42,424 bases of DNA from a virus (taxonomy: Duplodnaviria > Heunggongvirae > Uroviricota > Caudoviricetes): positions 1 to 42,424 of the IMG/VR virus record IMGVR_UViG_2563366953_000006. One strand, written 5' to 3'. Of this stretch, positions 20,631 through 30,020 are shown piece by piece. The notes below the pieces were generated by a model. It had not been told where the DNA came from and made no database searches. It worked only from the letters and a program-made list of their open reading frames with translations. Positions within the stretch are counted from its first letter, which is position 1; each line of letters starts with the position of its first letter. Position numbers and translations under genes: made by a program.

Positions 20631-21813
20631 CGGAGGGTTTCGTGGTCATGTTCATCGGTGTGAGATAGACATCACCACCGGGACGCGGATTCATATCTTC
20701 CAGGTCGCGGCAGTCATTGGGAGAGTAAATTCCCCAGTTAATCCCGGTGGCGTAGGCTTCAAAACGGGACTTCATATCCCCGCGCAGTAACGCCCCGGCG
20801 TTAAATTTGGCGTAATAAACACCCTGCTTACTTTTTCGTACCAGTCCGGTGTTGATCCGCTGCTCAATGCGGGTCAGATACGGCACCAGTGAATAGTTGA
20901 TAAATCCGAGCCCCAGCTCTTCGATATTGTTGAAGGTGGCGCGATCGGTGTTCTGCACCATGTGCAATGGCACACGGAACAGACGACAAATTTCTTCAAG
21001 CTGAAACTTGCGGGTTTCCAGGAACTGGCTGTCCTCTGCGTTCAACGCCATCGACTTCCAGTCCAGCCCCATCTCAAGGATCATCGGGCGGTGAGCATTG
21101 CCAAGCCCGGTATGACGCTCCTCAAAATCTTTCTTCAGGCGCTCATAAGCCTGATCTGACAGCGTCTGCTCTGTACGCAACACACCCGACGTCACCGCGC
21201 CATTGCTGAACAGTCTGGCCCCGTGCTCTTCGGTCGCTGCCGCCAGCGATATTGCCTCGCGGGCATAGGCGATGGGATTCAGCCCCACCAGTCCGTCCAG
21301 CGTCAGCGTGCGCACATGCCAGATACCCTCCTGGCTCAGTACATCCGTGGAGCCATCCGGGAATGTGACCTGATAGACCGGCTCCCAGCTACTGTTAAGC
21401 TTCGGTACCACACAGCCGGGATCGACGGGCAGCAGTTCAGCCACTTCGCCAAATGCTTTCACTTTGTAGGCGTAAAAGTTTCCCCGCAGGCACAGACAGG
21501 TGACCACCAGCTCCCAGAACTCCTGCGGCGTCATATAGCCATTGGGATGCGTGGAGATCAGCTTATGCAGACGTTCGCCGGTGGCTCTCTGCTTCAGGCT
21601 GCCGTTCAGGTGATACAGGTTGCAGGGCAACATCCCGACCGACTCCGCCAGCACCCTGACACAGGAAAAAACCGCCGTCAGTCGCATGGCCCGCTGGCTG
21701 CTGATCTGCTTTCCGGTATAGGTGTCGTAGGACAACCCGATAGCATCCGCCAGCTCTGCTGGCGTGGTCACCGGTGCGTCACTTTTTCGTTGAAATAATC
21801 CCGAAAAGAACAC
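20572..21813 (-). CDS. Portal protein (HK97 family)
   Basis: 413 aa, downstream of the large terminase and upstream of the protease. Confidence 0.85.
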   Translation of the reverse strand: MFFSGLFQRKSDAPVTTPAELADAIGLSYDTYTGKQISSQRAMRLTAVFSCVRVLAESVGMLPCNLYHLNGSLKQRATGERLHKLISTHPNGYMTPQEFWELVVTCLCLRGNFYAYKVKAFGEVAELLPVDPGCVVPKLNSSWEPVYQVTFPDGSTDVLSQEGIWHVRTLTLDGLVGLNPIAYAREAISLAAATEEHGARLFSNGAVTSGVLRTEQTLSDQAYERLKKDFEERHTGLGNAHRPMILEMGLDWKSMALNAEDSQFLETRKFQLEEICRLFRVPLHMVQNTDRATFNNIEELGLGFINYSLVPYLTRIEQRINTGLVRKSKQGVYYAKFNAGALLRGDMKSRFEAYATGINWGIYSPNDCRDLEDMNPRPGGDVYLTPMNMTTKPSDGSKAGKQKDNANADEKTS

Positions 21814-21995
21814 TATTTACCTCCGCCGACAGACGACTGTGTACGGTCGAGATATCGCGCCACCAGCCACGACCAGAACAGGCACAACGCCCCGGCAACA
21901 ACAAACCCCGCCGGGGGATAAATCAGCCAGGCACCATACGACAGCAAAAGCGCCCCCAGCACGCCCACCAGAGGCGCGAGAATCAGCATGATCAT
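21813..21995 (-). CDS. Small hydrophobic protein (two predicted TM helices)
   Basis: 60 aa, [49 protein letters not shown]; between the terminase and portal genes. Confidence 0.45.
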   Translation of the reverse strand: MIMLILAPLVGVLGALLLSYGAWLIYPPAGFVVAGALCLFWSWLVARYLDRTQSSVGGGK

Positions 21996-22006
21996 AATTA
22001 CCTCAG

Positions 22007-23740
22007 TTAAAGCGAGCGGATCCCATAGGACTCAATGTGGTCAGACAGCGTGTCTTCTTTCTCGTACAGCATGGCTCTGCCAACCGCCATAATCAGCGCA
22101 ACTGCACCGTCGATTTTGTTTTCCGCCTGCTCTTTGACGGGCTTCACCACATCATCGTTACCCGGAATGGTTTTGCCGACCACGTTGCCGATACACCAGG
22201 TCATGATGGGATTGCCATCATGATGAAAGCGCCCCGATTCAATTGCCGCTTCCAGCTCTTTCATCGGGTCGGACATGTTGGTGTAGTTCTGAATGATAGT
22301 GATGGGGTTCAGGTCTTCATCAGCAAGGTCATGTGACAACCCGGTCGCCCCGAAGGGGTCGATGGGTGACTCACTGACCGGGCTGATTTTGTTCGCCGCT
22401 TTGGCCACCTCGAGGATGTAGCGATAATCCACCTCCGCACCATCGGTAACGGTCAGAACCCCCATCTCCACCCATTTCTGAAAGCGTTCGGCTGTCCGGC
22501 GATCTTCATTTTTCTCAACGCTGTACACCGTGTCATACGGTACCCAGAAGCACGGAGCCACACTGTAGTAATGCGTTTTACCGTCAATCTCGCGGGTATA
22601 AAGTCGCGCCATACTGTTCATATCCAGCTTACGCGCCAGGTCAAAGGCCAGGATGCACGGTTGCCCCTCGAACTGCTCAAGGGACAGTGATTTATCCTCG
22701 CAGCTCTGCCAGCTCACCAGGTTGAAATACGCCGAACGCGCCGACACCCAGATATTGAGGTGCTTTGTTTTAAAGACGTTTGCCAGACGGGCGTTATTTT
22801 TCGCACGCTGCTGCTGACTTAACAAAAATTCGCGATAAACCGACACGCCAATATTCGGGTTAGCTTTTTCCAGCACCTGCGGGTCGGTCCAGTCGTCACC
22901 TTCATCAACGGTATAGATGATCCCGAACAGTTCATCGTTAGGCACCGAGCCGTTGAGCATCTCGATAACTTCCCGCCGCTTGTCGTAGCACGGCCCCTCA
23001 ATGTTGTACCCGGCAGTAGTAATGGCCCACATCAGTGGCTGACGTCGCGCCCCCATCCCGGTAAGCATCGTGGTGTAAAGCGCATCTGTGGCGTGCTCGT
23101 GATATTCATCCACCACCGCACAGTGGGGTGATGAACCATCACCGGGGTTACCAATCAGCGGTTCAAAACGCGCACCATCCTCCGGACGGTTCATGTTTGA
23201 GGCGTTAACCTCAATCCCGAACGCTTCCGTCAGCATGGGTGTGCGTTTACACATCAGTCTTGCCGGACGAAAGACTTCCCATGCCTGTTTCTCCGTCGTG
23301 GCACCGGAATACACTTCCGCGCCGAACTCGTTATCACAGGCAAAACAATACAGGGCGACACCGGCAGAGATTGCCGATTTGCCGTTCTTACGGGGGATTT
23401 CGGTATACACCTCCCGGAAGCGGCGCAGCCGGGAGCCTTTATTGACCCAGCCAAACGCGCAGCAGATCACAAAGAGCTGCCACGGCTCCAGCGTGATGGG
23501 CATCCTCTTAAATGCCCACTCACCCTTGGTGTGCGGCAACAGCTGAATAAATTTGGCGGCCCGTTCAGCCAGGTCCTTGTCGAAGCGGTAACGAAACGAC
23601 TTACTTTTTTCCGCCATCAGGTCATCAAGATGGCGCTGGCAGGCCTGAATCACAAACTGGCAGGCCACAATCTTTCCGCGCACGACATCCCGGGCATACT
23701 GATTGGCAGCATTTACGTTGGGGTAAGATTTCCGGCTCAT
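22007..23740 (-). CDS. Terminase large subunit
   Basis: 577 aa, follows the small subunit with an ATGA overlap; length and position fit TerL. Confidence 0.85.
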   Translation of the reverse strand: MSRKSYPNVNAANQYARDVVRGKIVACQFVIQACQRHLDDLMAEKSKSFRYRFDKDLAERAAKFIQLLPHTKGEWAFKRMPITLEPWQLFVICCAFGWVNKGSRLRRFREVYTEIPRKNGKSAISAGVALYCFACDNEFGAEVYSGATTEKQAWEVFRPARLMCKRTPMLTEAFGIEVNASNMNRPEDGARFEPLIGNPGDGSSPHCAVVDEYHEHATDALYTTMLTGMGARRQPLMWAITTAGYNIEGPCYDKRREVIEMLNGSVPNDELFGIIYTVDEGDDWTDPQVLEKANPNIGVSVYREFLLSQQQRAKNNARLANVFKTKHLNIWVSARSAYFNLVSWQSCEDKSLSLEQFEGQPCILAFDLARKLDMNSMARLYTREIDGKTHYYSVAPCFWVPYDTVYSVEKNEDRRTAERFQKWVEMGVLTVTDGAEVDYRYILEVAKAANKISPVSESPIDPFGATGLSHDLADEDLNPITIIQNYTNMSDPMKELEAAIESGRFHHDGNPIMTWCIGNVVGKTIPGNDDVVKPVKEQAENKIDGAVALIMAVGRAMLYEKEDTLSDHIESYGIRSL

Positions 23741-24240
23741 GATTCGATGATTTTCAGAAACGGGTTAGTGGCTTTCTTCTTCCCCGCCAGGCCAATCAGA
23801 CGCTGGCGGCTGCTGGGGTCGAGTCCGAGCATTGCCCCCGTACTGCTCATCTCGGACTCCTGTTCTTTTTTGGCGGTCAGCTCCGGATTTTTGACCATAC
23901 CGCCCATTGCACCGGTGATGGTGTTGCCCTGTCTGGCAATATTTTTCACGGCACGTCGCCAGAACTCGTAGGCCACGCACCACCGCTCAAGAACCGCGAG
24001 GTCAGTCACGCACAGCAGGCCCTGACCGCAGAGTTCTTTAGTTGTCAGTTGCCACATGATCGTAGCGAGAGGGAGATCTTCTTCAGCGAACCACTCCGGT
24101 GGCTCAACACCTTTGATGGGCGTAAAAACAGGTTCATCTTTATTCAGGGCTCGCTTGCCGGGGTTTCCGGCCAGCGCCTTGCGCGCCGTTGGCTTGGGGC
24201 GACGCCCGGAACGCCCCGCCGTTCCAGCCATATGCGGCAC
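23737..24240 (-). CDS. Terminase small subunit (P27 family-like)
   Basis: 167-aa basic protein immediately upstream of TerL. Confidence 0.7.
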   Translation of the reverse strand: MPHMAGTAGRSGRRPKPTARKALAGNPGKRALNKDEPVFTPIKGVEPPEWFAEEDLPLATIMWQLTTKELCGQGLLCVTDLAVLERWCVAYEFWRRAVKNIARQGNTITGAMGGMVKNPELTAKKEQESEMSSTGAMLGLDPSSRQRLIGLAGKKKATNPFLKIIES

Positions 24241-24356
24241 TCCTGGTTAAATTTCATTTTTCGCGGGTATAAAAAAACGATGGGGCGGGCAGTCCGGAAG
24301 ACGTCAGGTCACAGGGATGTGACCCGCCCCTCCCCTCAGACAGTTGAGAGTTATTA

Positions 24357-24707
24357 TCACTTTAACCGTTCACGGGCCGTCTTCGCCTTATGACACGGCC
24401 AACACAGACTCTGCAGATTACAGTCGGCATCAGTGCCGCCATGCGCTTTAGGGATGATGTGGTCAACGGTTTTCGCCTCACGCACCACACCGGCACGCAG
24501 ACATAACTGACATAAACCTTTGTCACGCTTCAGCACACGCGCGCGGATAGCGTCCCACTTCGAACCATAACCGCGCTGATGACGGGACTGACCTGGCTTG
24601 TATTGCTTCCAGCCTTCGCTTTTGTGGCTTTCGCAGTAGCCTGACGGGTCTGTGGTTGTAGAGCGGCAGCCGCGAACACGGCAGGCTTTTGGGGTTCGTG
24701 GTGGCAT
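24357..24707 (-). CDS. HNH endonuclease (terminase-associated)
   Basis: C-terminal HNH motif ...CQLCLRAG...DHIIPKAHGGTDADCNLQSLCWPCHKAK; lies directly upstream of the terminase genes as in HK97-like phages. Confidence 0.85.
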   Translation of the reverse strand: MPPRTPKACRVRGCRSTTTDPSGYCESHKSEGWKQYKPGQSRHQRGYGSKWDAIRARVLKRDKGLCQLCLRAGVVREAKTVDHIIPKAHGGTDADCNLQSLCWPCHKAKTARERLK

Positions 24708-24786
24708 TGGTAAGCTCCAATAAAAAAGCCACCATCGATTGCTAGTGGCTTGGCATCTACTAATGTTACTAATGTGAAGAGTAGGT

Positions 24787-25545
24787 TTATTTTTTCTTCT
24801 TATTTAACTTATCTAAATTGACGGGATCTTTCCCTGTGGCAGCTAAACACCAAAAAGAATAACTCTTTTGCATGACATAGGTTCTAATTCTCTCTAATGT
24901 TTCATTATATTTTTTCTCAACAACCTGTATCGCATGTTCAAATAAATTAATCATATCAACATGCTCGTCCTCGACACCAATCATGCTCAGTTGTTTTCTA
25001 TCTGTCACTGCTTGATAAAATGTTTTCCCATTTTTCCTTATTAGTAACAATGAAGTTTCTGCTGACTCATAGTCTTGGTTGCCGCTATGTGCTGCAAAAT
25101 TATGCCTGTAGTTAATAATACAGTCATGCAACCCAAAATATTCAGAATCAAGCCAATCACGCTCCATCTTTAACTTTCTCCCTTTAGCTTCAGAGAAAGC
25201 TTTACCATAAAACGTTAGGCTTGCCACAAATAACGCTCTAATTTCACTTGATAAATCTAGATCAAGTATATTCCCGTATAACTTGCCATCTGTCCTTAAT
25301 TCGTTTCTCCCTGCCAGTTCATTAGCTATTTGGTACCACTCTTTAGCACTTTTTAAGTCCCTATGAATTAGGGACAGTGAAGATGCTCTATCGGCAATAC
25401 GCCCACTCAATTTTATGCGATCTACAATTTCATTATTGAATGTATAAACCGCTTTAAATTCCCCCGTTTCGGAATCAATATAATATTCAACATCTAACCC
25501 TTCATATGATTCACACCCGGGACCTTCTAATTTTTTTCTTTTCAT
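24787..25545 (-). CDS. AT-rich orphan gene, hypothetical 252-aa protein (moron; candidate accessory/defence function)
   Basis: Single ORF sitting between Rz and the HNH/terminase block; composition visibly more AT-rich than the flanking phage genes; no recognisable family from sequence. Confidence 0.6.
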   Translation of the reverse strand: MKRKKLEGPGCESYEGLDVEYYIDSETGEFKAVYTFNNEIVDRIKLSGRIADRASSLSLIHRDLKSAKEWYQIANELAGRNELRTDGKLYGNILDLDLSSEIRALFVASLTFYGKAFSEAKGRKLKMERDWLDSEYFGLHDCIINYRHNFAAHSGNQDYESAETSLLLIRKNGKTFYQAVTDRKQLSMIGVEDEHVDMINLFEHAIQVVEKKYNETLERIRTYVMQKSYSFWCLAATGKDPVNLDKLNKKKK

Positions 25546-25626
25546 ATAGAATATTCATATACGTTTCAATTCTCAGTCAGCATAGTAGAAAAAAAAGATG
25601 TCCAGATCCATACATCGAAAGCAATT

Positions 25627-26091
25627 TTATTTTTCACACTGACTAGAGATATAGTCCTGCAATGCTCTTATCTGTTTATAACTGATTTCAATTCTCTCTC
25701 TGAGGGTGAAATAATCCCGTTGAGCGGTGTCAGTAAGTCGGGGGGCGGTAGCATCATCCAGGCTGGTGGTAATGGTCGTTGATTGCACTCTCGGGCAACT
25801 AGCGGCGAGGAACAGCCGCTTAGTGCCAACAGCAACATCACGCTGAAGCTGTTCAATAGTTGCTTTAGCATTTGCAAGTTCTCCGGTGTATTTCGCATCG
25901 AGCGCAGAAACATCACGCTGGCGCTGCTGCATCTCAGTAATGGTGGCGTTCGCCTGGCTGAGTTTTTCCTTCGCTTTATCGCGCTGTTCTTTGTAGGCGA
26001 TGGCGTTATCACGATAATGATTAACAGCCCATGATAGGCAGACGATGGTGCAGATAACCAGAGAGGACAGAATCGCAGTTACTCTACTCAT
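25627..26091 (-). CDS. Rz-like i-spanin
   Basis: N-terminal TM helix ([23 protein letters not shown]) then coiled-coil; immediately after the endolysin; contains an embedded +1-frame lipoprotein ORF. Confidence 0.8.
   Translation of the reverse strand: MSRVTAILSSLVICTIVCLSWAVNHYRDNAIAYKEQRDKAKEKLSQANATITEMQQRQRDVSALDAKYTGELANAKATIEQLQRDVAVGTKRLFLAASCPRVQSTTITTSLDDATAPRLTDTAQRDYFTLRERIEISYKQIRALQDYISSQCEK
25668..25838 (-). CDS. Rz1-like o-spanin (lipoprotein) embedded in Rz
   Basis: [14 protein letters not shown]... has a lipobox (LSGC) and is proline-rich; fully nested in the Rz gene in another frame. Confidence 0.7.
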   Translation of the reverse strand: MLLLALSGCSSPLVARECNQRPLPPAWMMLPPPDLLTPLNGIISPSERELKSVINR

Positions 26092-26566
26092 ATAGCTGAA
26101 TTTCTCTGACCGTTCCGCCCGATTCTTTGAATTTTTCAATCAGGCTGTCAACCTTATGTTCGAACTGACCATAACCAGCGCCCGGCAATGACGCCCAGAT
26201 ATTGCTGCAACGATCAATAGCCTGACGGATATCGCCGCGATCAATCATCGGTAAAGCACCACGCTCTTTAATCTGCTGCAATGCCACAGCATCCTGGCTT
26301 TTTGGAGAGAAGTCTTTCAGCCCAAGCTGCTTACGGTAAGCATCCCACCAGCGTGAAAGAAGCTGATAACGTCCTGCGGCTGTTGATTTAAGTTTCGGGT
26401 TTAGCGTGACAAGTTTGCGAGGGTGATCGGAGTAATCAGTGAACAGTTCACCTCCGACAATAACGTCATAACCGTGGTTACGTGTCGGTTGTCGCCCGTT
26501 ATCCGTTCCTTCTGACCATGCCACCATATCGAGGAAAGCTTTACGCTGGGAATTTAGTACCTGCAT
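26084..26566 (-). CDS. Endolysin, lambda R-like lytic transglycosylase
   Basis: [132 protein letters not shown] is near-identical to lambda R as recalled. Confidence 0.92.
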   Translation of the reverse strand: MQVLNSQRKAFLDMVAWSEGTDNGRQPTRNHGYDVIVGGELFTDYSDHPRKLVTLNPKLKSTAAGRYQLLSRWWDAYRKQLGLKDFSPKSQDAVALQQIKERGALPMIDRGDIRQAIDRCSNIWASLPGAGYGQFEHKVDSLIEKFKESGGTVREIQLYE

Positions 26567-26569
26567 AAA

Positions 26570-26896
26570 TTACTCCTTAGAGCCACCAAACTTATTACCG
26601 ATTACTCTCATTGCAGCCCCACGAATAGCATCGACCCCGATCAGCCCAACGCCGCCACCAATGGCAACAGAAAGAGATTTAGGCCATCCGACATACTCAA
26701 GAGCGGATGCAAAAGTCAGCGTCAGAGCACCACAGAGCAAAATCTCGAGCGTTTTTCGTTTCCAGCCACCACCACCGCCAAAATAGGCAATGCGCAAGCC
26801 AGCCATAACGATCGACATAATCACTGCGCCCAGCGGTGTGTCTCCACGCCACCAGCTCTGGACCAACTCCAGCCAGGTATTTGGGTTATGAGGCAT
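26570..26896 (-). CDS. Holin
   Basis: 108-aa membrane protein with hydrophobic segments and a charged C-terminus, directly upstream of the endolysin. Confidence 0.75.
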   Translation of the reverse strand: MPHNPNTWLELVQSWWRGDTPLGAVIMSIVMAGLRIAYFGGGGGWKRKTLEILLCGALTLTFASALEYVGWPKSLSVAIGGGVGLIGVDAIRGAAMRVIGNKFGGSKE

Positions 26897-27039
26897 TTGT
26901 AGTTATCTCTCACCTCGCTGATACAGCAGGTGCAAATTGAGGGAACATCATGTACCGCAAATCAGAAGCGGAAACATCAAAGAAGCCGAACCGATGGAGA
27001 ACTGCGGAATAGGCCAGGACCAACGAATCCCCAGCCACA

Positions 27040-27075
27040 GAAACGACAAAACCCGCTCGACGGCGGGTTTAAGCT
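27040..27075 (-). terminator. Candidate late-operon terminator (tR'-like) upstream of the holin
   Basis: Minus-strand hairpin AAACCCGCCGTCGAGCGGGTTT followed by TTTGTCGTTTCTGTGG. Confidence 0.4.
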
Positions 27076-27192
27076 GTGTGGCGAAGTAACCACTCTTAAC
27101 AGATTACAATGTTTTTTGCGGACCGCGCTAATGATTTCCTCTTTTTTTTGTTGTATTTTTCACACGGTTGCTAAAATTATTTCGGATCGATA

Positions 27193-28134
27193 ATGAGTAC
27201 AGAAAATAAGAATAAAACCAGGCGAGTGAGAGTTGGTTTTTTCACTGGTAATGGAAGCAAAAAAGATGGCACATCTGCTGCAAAACTAGCCTTTGAGCAA
27301 ATGACCACAGCAGATACTGTAACTTTTCCAATAACTTACACAACAGACACCCCAAATCGAGGGTTAAAGTTAGTTATTCTTCAAAAAGATACCACACTGC
27401 AATGTTACTTTGGTTACGTATCGTGGAGAAGGGAATGCCTACTACCGTTCATCGAGGATGCTACAGGTAGTGAGAGAACAATTCCTTTAAATGATAAAGA
27501 TTCTGTAGTTGAAAGAACATATTTTATCTATTACTACGAAACGGACTTATTAGCTATGACCCTCAACCATATAGGGCCCAAAGTAAATGATCTGGCATTC
27601 ATTTTGTATAACAAAACTGATTTAAAAAGCGTCACTTTTGAAGCCATTTGGAAACAAGAGAGCATGAAGGAACTGCTTGAGGACGGAAATATCCTACGTA
27701 GTTTCGATCTTATAGTTGCTGCTCCAAGAAACTTTAACAAAGCTAATTATAAGATTAAAAACCCTTTAGCTAATGAAATTATTGACATGGTTGTTGGTAT
27801 GGGCGGGTCGCATCTAAGATTAAATATGCGAGGTCGGATTCGCCCGAAAAAACAAGGGTTTAACTATCTAAAAACTTCTGTCACCGATGCTATTAAGGAA
27901 CTACTTGAACTTTTTCCAAAAGGTTCTGGAGGTCTAAAAATTAAAAAAATTGATGTAACAGAGCCATCCAATAGAACGCCCAAAAGTCTACTTGACCAAG
28001 TATTGGTCAGTACAAAGACAATCATTGTCAAAAGCGGTTATCCATCCGATTCTGATATCAGAACGGCGATGATATCTGCTAAAATTGATAACGCGAACTA
28101 TCTTGCACAGTATGAGCTCGCTAGCAGAGACTAA
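27193..28134 (+). CDS. Hypothetical 313-aa soluble protein, first gene of an AT-rich two-gene cassette (candidate defence/abortive-infection sensor)
   Basis: ORF on the strand opposite to all late genes, in the Q-to-lysis moron position; no Walker A motif and no recognised domain; followed 9 bp later by a 4-TM protein gene. Confidence 0.65.
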   Translation: MSTENKNKTRRVRVGFFTGNGSKKDGTSAAKLAFEQMTTADTVTFPITYTTDTPNRGLKLVILQKDTTLQCYFGYVSWRRECLLPFIEDATGSERTIPLNDKDSVVERTYFIYYYETDLLAMTLNHIGPKVNDLAFILYNKTDLKSVTFEAIWKQESMKELLEDGNILRSFDLIVAAPRNFNKANYKIKNPLANEIIDMVVGMGGSHLRLNMRGRIRPKKQGFNYLKTSVTDAIKELLELFPKGSGGLKIKKIDVTEPSNRTPKSLLDQVLVSTKTIIVKSGYPSDSDIRTAMISAKIDNANYLAQYELASRD

Positions 28135-28155
28135 TAACCAAGCATGGAGGACACA

Positions 28156-28605
28156 ATGAGAGAATTAGCCACTTTTCTCTGGAAATGCGTCCTCTGGATT
28201 CTGTTGACCTATGCAGCGACAAAACTGTTTAAACCGATGAAGCATGCTGACGTACTCACAACAGCGGGGGTGCTCTCGACTATATCAGGCATCCTGTTTG
28301 GTTTTGTTCTGGCTGCAATATCTATATTTAGTAGTGCAAACAGCGATAAGGAAGGAGCAATTAATGCCCTTAAGCAAAACAACGTGTTACCAACTCTGGT
28401 AAATAGATTACTTTCAACAGGGTTAACTCTCATCGTCGCATGTATATTTCCATTGATAGCGATGTTTCTACCTGATGATGTTATTGTTGCGGGCAAACCT
28501 ATTGATTTCCTGTTCATACTGTTAGGCTTATCCTCCCTTATAATTTCGCTATATACCTTCGGAAGGTGTTGGTTAGTGTTACGAAAAATCTTCCCCCACT
28601 TGTGA
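28156..28605 (+). CDS. Small polytopic membrane protein (4 predicted TM helices), second gene of the cassette (candidate membrane effector)
   Basis: Four hydrophobic stretches (res ~8-27, 38-62, 88-108, 120-146 of the 153-aa track ORF); start placed at MRELATF (28156), preceded by GGAGG; track start is 28144. Confidence 0.65.
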   Translation: MRELATFLWKCVLWILLTYAATKLFKPMKHADVLTTAGVLSTISGILFGFVLAAISIFSSANSDKEGAINALKQNNVLPTLVNRLLSTGLTLIVACIFPLIAMFLPDDVIVAGKPIDFLFILLGLSSLIISLYTFGRCWLVLRKIFPHL

Positions 28606-28640
28606 CAGGTTGGCCTCATATGGGGCCAACCTGTGCAACC

Positions 28641-29009
28641 CTAAGCGTCCATTTCAAGGTTAACATCCAACATTGAAAGGCAACCATCAATAAATCCTTC
28701 GGCTAGTTGTATTTCTATGCGTACCAATTTTTCATCCTTTCCACGCACCTTTGCAATCTTACGCTTGGATATTCTGTATAAATAATGTGCCACAAGCAGC
28801 GAGTGCTCATCTGGCTTTTTTTGCTTTAGACGAGCAAGACAACCTTCAATAATTAATGCATCACTATCTGAACAAGCCTGACGTGTTTTGCTTGTGTAGG
28901 GAAGAAGCCCCTTAAACCCAGCAGCTATAGGCGAATAGTCTACTCCAGAACTATCACTCGCCGCCCATGCTCCCCAACGCTCCAGAACCATCTGAATATC
29001 ACGCATCAA
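28641..29009 (-). CDS. Antitermination protein Q-like (small Q family)
   Basis: 122-aa protein at the junction of early and late regions, upstream of the lysis genes; resembles the short prophage Q family as recalled. Confidence 0.55.
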   Translation of the reverse strand: MMRDIQMVLERWGAWAASDSSGVDYSPIAAGFKGLLPYTSKTRQACSDSDALIIEGCLARLKQKKPDEHSLLVAHYLYRISKRKIAKVRGKDEKLVRIEIQLAEGFIDGCLSMLDVNLEMDA

Positions 29010-29023
29010 CTTTCTCCACCAAA

Positions 29024-30019
29024 TCAGGCCAACACCCCAATCGCCAGCGCGCGATCGATAAAACGAAATATCAGCTCCAGTTGGGAGCCATACTTCTCTT
29101 CAAATGCCACGGTATCCGCATGCAGCTCGTCGTGATGCTTTCTGCACAAAGGCAACACAAAGAGGTCATGCGCTTTTGTACCCATTCCACCCTGACCGTG
29201 ACCTATCAGGTGGTGGGGATCATCAGCAGGCTTTCCACAACATGCACACGGCTGTGTCTTAACCCAGCGCGTGTACTTTTCATTAACCCAGCGGCGGCGT
29301 TTTGGGCGTAACATAAAAGACTCCAGCGACTCCGGATCCACTTTCAGCGCCAGCACCTTTTTCGCTTTATCCTGGATAATGCTGGTGGCAGGAACCGAAG
29401 GCACAAGGTCACTTTCCCGGGTGACCGCCTGCACAACAGGCTTCGGTAATCTCAGTGCCTTACGGGCTGCACTTTCCGGTAAGGCATCCGCCAGGTCATT
29501 ACGAATCAGCCACCAGCACAGTTCCGGTATTGTCACAACGTGACTATCATCAAAACCGAGATCCCGACGCACAACAGACAACACCCAGCGGGCACAGTTA
29601 TCCGTTGCCATTGATTCCAGCCGTTCCGTGAACTGATCGCGCAGCTGGTTATCGCAGTGCCAGCACAAACGGATTGCGCCCGGAGCGTGTCGCATTGTTG
29701 TCATGTTCTCGCTGTGCCAGTCGGAATGAGGCCACTGGCAGCCTTTTTCACGAAGTAACCAGCTTTCAAGACATTCCACGCCACCAGCACGACGGATCAC
29801 TGCCTCATTGCGGAATACGGCCCGAACGGCAGGATCATCCGCCAGCGGTTGTGATGCCGCCGGAACGGCACCACTGGCGAAAGATGAATAACGTTCCGGC
29901 TCAGGCTCCAGCAGGACACGCCCCTGCATAAACAGGGGCATCAACTCTGAACCTGGCCTGAACAATACGATCCCCATACGCGGGGCAATTTCAGGGGTCA
30001 GTAGTGCTCTCACGGTCAC
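29024..30019 (-). CDS. DUF968-family prophage protein with C-terminal HNH-like Cys/His cluster
   Basis: 331 aa; C-terminus CACCGKPADDPHHLIGHGQGGMGTKAHDLFVLPLCRKHHDELH; conserved partner of Q in lambdoid prophages (family assignment from memory). Confidence 0.55.
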   Translation of the reverse strand: MTVRALLTPEIAPRMGIVLFRPGSELMPLFMQGRVLLEPEPERYSSFASGAVPAASQPLADDPAVRAVFRNEAVIRRAGGVECLESWLLREKGCQWPHSDWHSENMTTMRHAPGAIRLCWHCDNQLRDQFTERLESMATDNCARWVLSVVRRDLGFDDSHVVTIPELCWWLIRNDLADALPESAARKALRLPKPVVQAVTRESDLVPSVPATSIIQDKAKKVLALKVDPESLESFMLRPKRRRWVNEKYTRWVKTQPCACCGKPADDPHHLIGHGQGGMGTKAHDLFVLPLCRKHHDELHADTVAFEEKYGSQLELIFRFIDRALAIGVLA

Positions 30020-30020
30020 C

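Noticed and set aside
27193-28605. AB-type toxin (Stx-like) at the Q-S moron position
   Set aside because: Wrong strand relative to the late operon, no signal peptides, and the second protein is a polytopic membrane protein rather than a small B subunit.
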